Of a DNA stretch of 22,165 nt, positions 15,544 to 22,165 are shown piece by piece (positions within the stretch are counted from its first letter, which is position 1; each line of letters opens with the position of its first letter). Origin of the DNA: an uncultured Erysipelotrichaceae bacterium (GTDB lineage: Bacteria; Bacillota_I; Bacilli_A; Erysipelotrichales; Erysipelotrichaceae); assembly GCA_964457525.1 (NCBI GenBank), contig CAYWGS010000017.1, positions 1 to 22,165 of the forward strand. The letters are read 5' to 3'. Below the pieces are notes generated by a model that saw nothing but the letters and a program-made list of their open reading frames with translations, was not told where the DNA came from and did no database searches. The position numbers and the translations under genes are program-made.

Positions 15544-17395
15544 ACGCTTTGAGGAACAAGAGTTTAATACCGATCATTTAGATACCAAACTATGGAGTCG
15601 AGTATTAAAACATTTCTTTGTCTATAAAAAGGATCTAACCATTATCTTCATATCCATGGTTTTAACGGCAGGGGTTGATATTGCTTTTCCACTCTTAAAC
15701 CGATTCGCTATTGATTTCTTTGTTCTAAAGAATGGGGATTTAAATCAACTTTGGCCATTTGGATTAGGTTATGGTTTACTCATCCTAATACAAGTATTTG
15801 TCGTCTATTTCTTTATCAAGTATACGGGTAAAGTTGAGATGCAATTTGCCTATGATATTCGTAAACAAGCATTTAAGAAACTACAGGAACTTTCCTTTAG
15901 TTACTATGATAAAACCCCACAAGGTTGGATTATGGCTCGTATGACCAGTGATATTGGGCGTTTAGCGGATATCGTTTCTTGGTCGATTATTGATTTAATC
16001 TGGGGATCAACGCTAATCATTGGTGTAAGTATTGTTATGTTGGTGGTGAACTGGAAGTTAGCACTATTAGTGCTCGTGGTTGTGCCATTCTTAGCGTACA
16101 TCAGTGTTATTTTTCAAAAGAAGATTTTACAACGTTATCGTTTAACGCGTAAGATTAATTCTAAAATTACTGCAGCATATTCAGAAGGTATTTTAGGGGC
16201 TAAGACAACGAAGACGATGGGTCTTGAGGACCAACAAAGCTCAGAGTTTAGAGAATTAACCTATTCAATGAAGTCAGAATCTGTAAAGGCCGCAATCTTA
16301 TCTGCAGCATTCATGCCGATTGTTATGGCACTCGGTGCGTTCTCATCGTCGATGTTAATTTGGCTCGGTGGTCAACAAGTTCTAGTCGGAACAATCGCAT
16401 TTGGTACACTTGTCTTATTTACCCAATACGCTACACAGTTCTTTGAACCATTACGTCAAATTGCTCGATTATTGGCTGAATTCCAAATGGCACAAGCTTC
16501 GGCTGAGCGTGTATTAAGCTTATTAAATGCGGAAGTGGATTTAGTGGATCGTGAAGATGTTATTGCACAATATGGAACGATACTTGAACCTAAACCTGAA
16601 GCATATGAAAAGGTTAAAGGGGATGTAGAGTTTGATCATGTTGGTTTCTACTATAAGAAAGAAGAACCCGTATTGGTAGATTTCAATCTAAGTGTAAAAG
16701 CAGGACAAACCATTGCCCTAGTCGGTGAAACCGGTAGTGGTAAGAGTACGATTGTAAATCTAATCTGTCGATTCTATGAACCGAAACAAGGTGTGATTCG
16801 AATCGATGGAGTCGATACGAAAGATCGTTCAATGGGCTGGTTGCACAGTAACTTAGGTTATGTATTACAAGCACCACACTTATTCTCAGGAACGATTAAA
16901 GAAAATATTCGTTATGGAAATCTAAATGCAAGTGATGAAGCGATTATCGAAGCCGCAAAACGTGTTTCTGCCCATGAATTTATCATGAACATGGAAAATG
17001 GATATGATACTGAAGTGGGTGAAGGGGGAGGTCGCTTATCAACAGGGCAAAAACAATTAATCTCATTTGCTCGTGCAATACTCGCTAATCCAAGTATCTT
17101 CATTTTAGATGAAGCGAGTTCAAGTATTGATACTGAAACAGAACAGATTATTCAATCTGCGATTGAATCGGTCTTACAAGATAAGACAACGTTTATCATT
17201 GCCCATCGCTTATCGACCATTGTAAATGCGGATCGTATCTTGCTCATTGATAAGGGTGAGATTGTAGAAGATGGTACACATAGTCAATTGATGCATCTAA
17301 AGGGTCGATACTATCGTTTATATACAAACCAGTTCAATGAAGATCGTCAAAACGAATTACTTCAAATCAAGGGGGAAAAGTCGTATGAAGCTTAA
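15536..17395 (+). CDS. ABC exporter permease/ATPase, subunit 2 of a heterodimer
   Basis: Walker A GETGSGKST, Walker B IFILDEAS, non-canonical signature LSTGQKQ. ATG 15536 follows GGAGGTGAAGAG and overlaps the subunit 1 stop by 8 nt. Confidence 0.9.
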   Translation: MSERFEEQEFNTDHLDTKLWSRVLKHFFVYKKDLTIIFISMVLTAGVDIAFPLLNRFAIDFFVLKNGDLNQLWPFGLGYGLLILIQVFVVYFFIKYTGKVEMQFAYDIRKQAFKKLQELSFSYYDKTPQGWIMARMTSDIGRLADIVSWSIIDLIWGSTLIIGVSIVMLVVNWKLALLVLVVVPFLAYISVIFQKKILQRYRLTRKINSKITAAYSEGILGAKTTKTMGLEDQQSSEFRELTYSMKSESVKAAILSAAFMPIVMALGAFSSSMLIWLGGQQVLVGTIAFGTLVLFTQYATQFFEPLRQIARLLAEFQMAQASAERVLSLLNAEVDLVDREDVIAQYGTILEPKPEAYEKVKGDVEFDHVGFYYKKEEPVLVDFNLSVKAGQTIALVGETGSGKSTIVNLICRFYEPKQGVIRIDGVDTKDRSMGWLHSNLGYVLQAPHLFSGTIKENIRYGNLNASDEAIIEAAKRVSAHEFIMNMENGYDTEVGEGGGRLSTGQKQLISFARAILANPSIFILDEASSSIDTETEQIIQSAIESVLQDKTTFIIAHRLSTIVNADRILLIDKGEIVEDGTHSQLMHLKGRYYRLYTNQFNEDRQNELLQIKGEKSYEA

Positions 17396-17876
17396 CTTAA
17401 CCGATTTAATACCACTCCAAAAAGAACTCGATGAACGAATCATGAGTTTACATGAACAAACTCGTCCGTCGACACAACTCAAACGAGTGCTTGCATTAGT
17501 TGTGGAGATTAGTGAATTAGCGAATGAAACTCGTACATTTAAGTATTGGAGCTTAAAAGGCGCAAGTGAGAAGGATGTTCTATTAGAAGAGTTTAGTGAT
17601 AGTATTCACTTTATTCTGTCATTAGGGATTGATTTAAGCTTGGATCAATTGATTGTAGAATGCGATGATATTAAGTATGATTTAAGTCGATTGTTTCTTG
17701 AATGGACAGAATCCACAACACAACTTATGCATCAATTTGATTTAGTTCATTATCAGACTTGTGCAAATTATTGTGCGAAGATTGCGTATACTCTAGACTT
17801 CAATGAAAATGAAGTTTTAGAAACCTATTACAAGAAGAATAAAAAGAATCATACTCGCCAAGATCAAGCGTATTAA
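17385..17876 (+). CDS. Dimeric (all-alpha) dUTPase-like nucleotide pyrophosphohydrolase (dUTPase_2 family)
   Basis: N-terminal L..Q.ELDERI, then E.SELANE..FKYWS, EEFSD.IHFILS and C-terminal YYKKNKKNHTRQ. SD GGGGGA lies before ATG 17385. 11-nt overlap with the ABC gene. Confidence 0.7.
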   Translation: MKLNLTDLIPLQKELDERIMSLHEQTRPSTQLKRVLALVVEISELANETRTFKYWSLKGASEKDVLLEEFSDSIHFILSLGIDLSLDQLIVECDDIKYDLSRLFLEWTESTTQLMHQFDLVHYQTCANYCAKIAYTLDFNENEVLETYYKKNKKNHTRQDQAY

Positions 17877-17878
17877 AC

Positions 17879-17907
17879 TTGTTTGATAAGAAGTTGAGTT
17901 GTATAAT
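17879..17907 (+). promoter_or_regulatory. Promoter of the M42 peptidase gene (TTGTTT-17-TATAAT)
   Basis: Hexamers at 17879-17884 and 17902-17907. SD GTGAGG lies upstream of ATG 17929. Confidence 0.55.
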
Positions 17908-17928
17908 AAAACACAAGTGAGGCAGAAA

Positions 17929-19041
17929 ATGAGTGAAAAAAGTTTAAAAATTGAAGAAGCATATGGTGAATTAAACCTTGAAATGATGAAGGAATTTACC
18001 GATGCGAATGGTATTTCTGGAAATGAAAAAGCCGCAACTCGCGTCATGAAGAAATGGTTAAGCGATGTAGCGGATGAAGTGTCCTATGATAACTTAGGTT
18101 CATTGATCGTAACTAAAAAGGGAACAGGATTAGGCCCTAAATTAATGGTTGCAGGTCATGTGGATGAAATAGGATTTGTTGTTCGTAGTATTGATGAAAA
18201 AGGCTTTATTCGATTAGCGCCTGTTGGTGGATGGTGGGGACATGTCTTATTGTCTCAAGCGTTAACCATCACAACACGTGAAGGAAAAGAAATAATGGGG
18301 ATTGTTGGTTCAAAACCTCCACATGGTTTAGCTCCTGAAGTTCGTAGTAAAGTCATTGAAGTTAAGGATATGTTCCTAGACATCGGTGTTAAGGATAAGA
18401 ATGAAGTTGAATTATTGGGCATTCGTCCAGGGGATATGGTTACTCCACGTTCTGATTTCAACGTTATGGCTAACCCTAACTATTTAGCTGCTAAAGCTTG
18501 GGATGATCGTGTTGGCGCAATTATTGCGGCTGAAGTGTTGTTACGCTTAAAAGGTGTAAAACATGAAGCAGACATCGTAGCGGTTGGTACGGTACAAGAA
18601 GAAGTTGGATTAAGAGGTGCTAAGACAGCGACTTATGCGGTTAAACCTGATATTGGTATCGCATTAGACGTTACACTTGCGAATGATATCCCAGGTACAG
18701 AAGCTGGAAGTAAAATGGGTGTAGGTGTTACACTTGCAATCCAAGATTCATCACATTTAGGTCACCGTGGTTTCTTAAATTATCTTAGTGACTTAAGTAA
18801 AGAACTAAACTTAGATGTACAATATGATTTAATGTTAGCTGGTGGTACGGATTCAGGTGAAATGCACAAAGCGTTTGATGGTGTTATCAATGTGACTTTA
18901 TCCATTCCATCTCGTTATATCCATTCTCATCGTGCACTTATTCATCGTAAGGATGTTGTAGACACGATTACCTTGATTACTGAGTTTGCGAAACGTTTAA
19001 ACTGGGAAGTTCTCGAAACTATCCGTCAATCGAATCGATAA
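17929..19041 (+). CDS. M42-family metallo-aminopeptidase (glutamyl aminopeptidase / FrvX-like)
   Basis: GISGNE, AGHVDEIGF, DDR.G, QEEVGLRGA and SIP.RY.HS motifs typical of M42. Confidence 0.85.
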   Translation: MSEKSLKIEEAYGELNLEMMKEFTDANGISGNEKAATRVMKKWLSDVADEVSYDNLGSLIVTKKGTGLGPKLMVAGHVDEIGFVVRSIDEKGFIRLAPVGGWWGHVLLSQALTITTREGKEIMGIVGSKPPHGLAPEVRSKVIEVKDMFLDIGVKDKNEVELLGIRPGDMVTPRSDFNVMANPNYLAAKAWDDRVGAIIAAEVLLRLKGVKHEADIVAVGTVQEEVGLRGAKTATYAVKPDIGIALDVTLANDIPGTEAGSKMGVGVTLAIQDSSHLGHRGFLNYLSDLSKELNLDVQYDLMLAGGTDSGEMHKAFDGVINVTLSIPSRYIHSHRALIHRKDVVDTITLITEFAKRLNWEVLETIRQSNR

Positions 19042-19045
19042 GAGT

Positions 19046-19072
19046 AAGCTTCCTTAACAGGAAGCTTTTTTC
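19046..19072 (+). terminator. Rho-independent terminator after the M42 peptidase gene
   Basis: AAGCTTCC (19046-19053), loop TTAACA, GGAAGCTT (19060-19067), then TTTT. Confidence 0.85.
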
Positions 19073-19081
19073 TGTTATAAT
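19054..19081 (+). promoter_or_regulatory. Promoter of the lspA operon (TTAACA-16-TGtTATAAT)
   Basis: Perfect extended -10 at 19073-19081. The -35-like hexamer is the terminator loop. Confidence 0.6.
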
Positions 19082-19088
19082 GTACCAT

Positions 19089-19565
19089 ATGAAGATTAAA
19101 AAATATGAACTTATCCTTGTTGGATCAATTGTTGGATTGGATGCCATAACCAAAACCATCATTTCTACCGTATTTGAATATGGCGAACGTTTTGAAGTCA
19201 TTAAAGATTTTTTCTGGTTAACCTATTTGAGAAATTTTGGAGCTGCTTGGAGTATCTTAGAAGGGCAAAAATGGTTCTTTATCTTAGTTGGTTTAGTCGC
19301 GATGGTGGGAATGATTTATTACTATAGTAAATCCGATGATAAACAGATTATTTTTAGAATAAGCTTGATGTTGTTATTTGCGGGAACGTTAGGGAATTTT
19401 ATGGATCGTGCCTTATTAGGTTATGTTCGTGATTTCTTATCATTCAAGATTATCGATTATTACTTCCCGGTATTTAATATCGCGGACATTAGTTTGAATG
19501 TTGGAGTTGGCTTTCTTATTTTAGACTCCATTTTAGAAAGTAGAAGAGAAAATGGAAAACTTTGA
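19089..19565 (+). CDS. lspA: Lipoprotein signal peptidase II
   Basis: NFGAAWSIL, GNFMDR, VRDFLSF and FNIADISL motifs, with four TM helices. ATG 19089 is preferred over 19080, which lies inside the -10 box. Confidence 0.9.
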   Translation: MKIKKYELILVGSIVGLDAITKTIISTVFEYGERFEVIKDFFWLTYLRNFGAAWSILEGQKWFFILVGLVAMVGMIYYYSKSDDKQIIFRISLMLLFAGTLGNFMDRALLGYVRDFLSFKIIDYYFPVFNIADISLNVGVGFLILDSILESRRENGKL

Positions 19566-20457
19566 AGTTGTAATAGAAGAAGTATTTAATGGAATACGAA
19601 TTGATAAAGTACTATCGGAGTTATTACCCGATTTTTCGCGTTCTCGTATTCAACAACTCATTGAAGAGGAGAATATCCTTGTCAATGATGTTAAAGTAAA
19701 ATCAAATTATAAGGTTAAGACAGGGGATATCATCAGTGGTGAAATTCCTGAAGATCAAGAACTAGAAGTTGAACCAGAAGAAATGGATTTGGATATTCTA
19801 TATGAAGATCATGATGTAATCGTTATTAATAAACCTAAAGGAATGGTTGTTCATCCTGGAGCAGGTAATACAAAACATACATTAGTAAATGGTTTATTAG
19901 CGCATTGTAAGGATTTATCTGGAATCAATGGAGTTCTTCGACCTGGTATCGTACATCGTATTGATAAGGATACCAGTGGTTGTTTGGTTGTGGCTAAGAA
20001 TGATAATGCACATCAAAACTTAAGTGAGCAATTATCAACTAAAACCATGAAGCGTACCTATATTGCGTTAGTTCATGGTGTATTACCACATAACGTAGGT
20101 ACAATTGAAGCTCCGATTGGAAGAGATAAAAATGATCGTCAGAAAATGACTGTAACATCTGTTGGTTCAAGACCAGCTGTTACCCATTTTAAAGTATTGA
20201 AACGATACAACGATATGACTTTAGTTGAATGTCAATTAGAGACAGGAAGAACTCACCAAATTCGTGTTCATTTCCAATACATTGGTTATCCTATTGTAGG
20301 AGATCCAAAGTATTCCATTCGCAATACACCAGAAACACAAGGTCAGTGTTTACATGCTTATAAGATTGAATTTGTTCATCCTAGAACAAATGAATTAATG
20401 CAATTTAGTGCAGAAATGCCAGATGTATTTAAAAAGGTATTAGAGGAGTTGGAATAG
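19552..20457 (+). CDS. rluD: RluA/RluD-family 23S rRNA pseudouridine synthase
   Basis: N-terminal S4 domain (RIDKVL...SRSRIQQLI) and catalytic HRIDKDTSG, plus GRTHQIRVH. Classic lspA-rluD adjacency. Confidence 0.9.
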   Translation: MENFEVVIEEVFNGIRIDKVLSELLPDFSRSRIQQLIEEENILVNDVKVKSNYKVKTGDIISGEIPEDQELEVEPEEMDLDILYEDHDVIVINKPKGMVVHPGAGNTKHTLVNGLLAHCKDLSGINGVLRPGIVHRIDKDTSGCLVVAKNDNAHQNLSEQLSTKTMKRTYIALVHGVLPHNVGTIEAPIGRDKNDRQKMTVTSVGSRPAVTHFKVLKRYNDMTLVECQLETGRTHQIRVHFQYIGYPIVGDPKYSIRNTPETQGQCLHAYKIEFVHPRTNELMQFSAEMPDVFKKVLEELE

Positions 20458-21702
20458 ATGAATGGCGTAAGAGAACTTTGGTTATTTAAAATGGCTCAAA
20501 TTTTAATGGATAAGTATGGATATCAATTGATTGAAGTACGTGCAATTCAAGGTGAATTGTGGCTTAGTCATCCAGAAAAGCCTGATTTTGGATTGATTCG
20601 TTTATCCATTTATAAGGGATTTGATCTAAATAACATCAAAGAACGTACATTAAAAATAAAAGAAGCAATTATTCAATTACTCCCGAATGTAACTCATTTT
20701 TGGGATGTTGAAATTGATGAAGAAGGTTTTCTTCAAGAAGAGGATAGAGAACGTATTCATATCGTGATGAGTCCAGATTCAATTGATAACTCACTTGTAG
20801 AAGCATTCCCAGAGATTAAACAAGCGTTTAGTCCAGTCGATGATCCAGAAAAAGAACTTGAGGCACTTAAGGAGAAGATTCAAATTGTTCGAGCACCTAA
20901 AAAGCCATTAACGTTAAAAGAACAGTTTAAATTATTACCTAAGATGACATTTAGTATCTTAGCAATCATCACAATTATTACATTAGTAATTAACGGTTTT
21001 GCATTGTTTGGATATGATATTGTTTCAATTTCAATTTTATTAGGTGCTTATTACAAAACTTTTGTATTAGCAAACAATGAATTATGGCGTTTATTTACGG
21101 CTGGATTTATTCATTATGATATTTTCCATCTTGTGATGAATGGAATTGCACTGATTAATCTCGGTTCGTTTATTGAAAAACTATATGGACCGAAGCGTTT
21201 ACTACTAATCTTATTAAATGGTATTTTCTTTGGGTCATTTTTTGTGTTCGTAGGTCAAGGAAATTTATTGCTCGTTGGAATTAGTGGTGGTTTATACGCT
21301 TTATTAGGTGTGATGGTGGTATATCTCTATGAAACGGGACTTATCCGTCAACCGATGATTCAATCCCAAGTTTTGCGTATGGTGGTTATGAATGTATTGA
21401 TTAACTTCTTACCGAATATTAGTGTTCTTGGTCACTTAGGTGGATTGATCAGTGGGTTACTCTTGGGTATATTCTTCTCAAAGAAAAGTACTTGGGGTGC
21501 GTTGCGTAAGAATTCAATTATTGCGATGTCTATGATAAGTATTATCTTGGTTGTATTTGGGATGAGTAATCCAAAGACAGAACCCTATTATATCAAAACA
21601 GATGAAACAGTACTTAAGTTAGCACGTGAATTTGGTTTAAATAACTATGCAGATAAGCTTGAAACATCTTTAATTGAGTACTATAAAGAGGTAATCGAAT
21701 GA
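20458..21702 (+). CDS. gluP: Rhomboid intramembrane serine protease with a YqgP/GluP-like cytosolic N-terminal domain
   Basis: WRLFTAGFIHYDIFHL.MN, catalytic GISGGLYAL and GHLGGLISG. The N-terminal ..GY..IE......ELWLSHPEKPDFGLIRL resembles B. subtilis YqgP as recalled. Confidence 0.8.
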   Translation: MNGVRELWLFKMAQILMDKYGYQLIEVRAIQGELWLSHPEKPDFGLIRLSIYKGFDLNNIKERTLKIKEAIIQLLPNVTHFWDVEIDEEGFLQEEDRERIHIVMSPDSIDNSLVEAFPEIKQAFSPVDDPEKELEALKEKIQIVRAPKKPLTLKEQFKLLPKMTFSILAIITIITLVINGFALFGYDIVSISILLGAYYKTFVLANNELWRLFTAGFIHYDIFHLVMNGIALINLGSFIEKLYGPKRLLLILLNGIFFGSFFVFVGQGNLLLVGISGGLYALLGVMVVYLYETGLIRQPMIQSQVLRMVVMNVLINFLPNISVLGHLGGLISGLLLGIFFSKKSTWGALRKNSIIAMSMISIILVVFGMSNPKTEPYYIKTDETVLKLAREFGLNNYADKLETSLIEYYKEVIE

Positions 21703-22165
21703 AACGAGAAAATGTATTGAGTTGGGAAAGTTATTTTATGGGTATTGCACATCTCTCTGCTTTGCGATCCAAAGATCCAAATACACAAGTGGGGGCTGTC
21801 ATTGTCGATGAAAATAAAAAAGTTGTCAGTATTGGATACAATGGGTTTCCAATGGGTTGTGATGATGATGAATATCCATGGGAAAATGAAGGGGATACCC
21901 TTAAAACAAAGTATCCTTATGTTGTACATGCGGAACTTAATGCAATTTTAAATAGTCCTCGTTCAGTAAAGGGATGTACAATCTATGTGTCCTTATTTCC
22001 GTGTCATGAATGTGCTAAGGCGATTATTCAATCTGGGATAAGAAAGATTGTTTACGAATCAGACAAGTATGCAAGCAGTGATAGTGTACTGGCAAGCAAA
22101 CGTATGCTTAGCAGTGCAGGTGTTGAATTATACCAAATGAATCATAAAGTAGAAGTAAACATAAG
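21699..22165 (+). CDS. comEB: dCMP deaminase (ComEB-type), 3' end outside the window
   Basis: Own translation of frame 21699: MKRENVLSWESYFMGIAHLSALRSKDPNTQVGAVIV...HAELNAI...PCHECAKAI (HAE + PCxxC zinc motifs). ATGA overlap with the rhomboid stop. Absent from the ORF track because it has no stop in the window. Confidence 0.9.
   Translation, partial: MKRENVLSWESYFMGIAHLSALRSKDPNTQVGAVIVDENKKVVSIGYNGFPMGCDDDEYPWENEGDTLKTKYPYVVHAELNAILNSPRSVKGCTIYVSLFPCHECAKAIIQSGIRKIVYESDKYASSDSVLASKRMLSSAGVELYQMNHKVEVNI

Noticed and set aside
21681-21951. Track ORFs 21745-21951(+) and 21681-21929(-)
   Set aside because: These are shadow frames of the real dCMP deaminase gene (frame 21699), which the track omits because it has no stop codon within the window.
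1-22165. Looked for mobile elements, prophage remnants, CRISPR arrays, toxin-antitoxin or defence-island signatures, tRNA/rRNA genes
   Set aside because: No integrase, transposase or recombinase-like ORFs. No direct or inverted terminal repeats and no spaced repeat arrays. No nuclease, helicase or methylase genes. No cloverleaf-capable intergenic space. Gene content and uniform composition look like core chromosome.

Overview
This is an AT-rich, very gene-dense chromosomal segment: about 21 protein genes, with intergenic gaps of only 13-96 nt. It looks like a low-GC Gram-positive (Bacillota-type) genome using the standard genetic code, since TGA serves as a stop. Supporting context includes lspA-rluD adjacency, KtrAB, GlpK and a NusG-II/Gx-transporter pair.

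Gene order, left to right:
- a 3' gene fragment
- mrp/apbC-type Fe-S carrier
- cysE
- CvpA-like membrane protein
- CrtI-like flavoprotein with a Cys-rich tail
- a minus-strand block: COG2509-type flavoprotein, a divergent purA, and an unknown 200-aa ORF
- osmC-ktrB-ktrA
- arginase-like gene, glpK, NusG-II-domain gene and Gx-transporter gene
- heterodimeric ABC exporter plus a dimeric-dUTPase-like gene
- M42 peptidase
- lspA-rluD-rhomboid(gluP-like)-dCMP deaminase; the deaminase runs off the right edge and is missing from the ORF track

I found no rRNA, tRNA, CRISPR, transposase, integrase, phage or recognisable defence genes. There are no long repeats, and no intergenic space is large enough for a riboswitch or T-box. 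I therefore do not see evidence for a novel multi-gene system here.

The observations most worth a second look:
1. Three transcription units whose -10 boxes sit 7-8 nt upstream of an SD-less ATG, making them candidate leaderless mRNAs.
2. A CrtI-like flavoprotein fused at its C-terminus to a degenerate PreT/GltD-type helical ferredoxin motif.
3. A divergent PurA with TNLD in place of the TKLD guanine-specificity motif, translationally coupled to an unknown ORF.
4. A GlpK that lacks the HPr-phosphorylatable His.
5. An oddly mixed arginase-like/glpK/NusG-II/Gx operon.

All motif comparisons were made from memory, without database searches.
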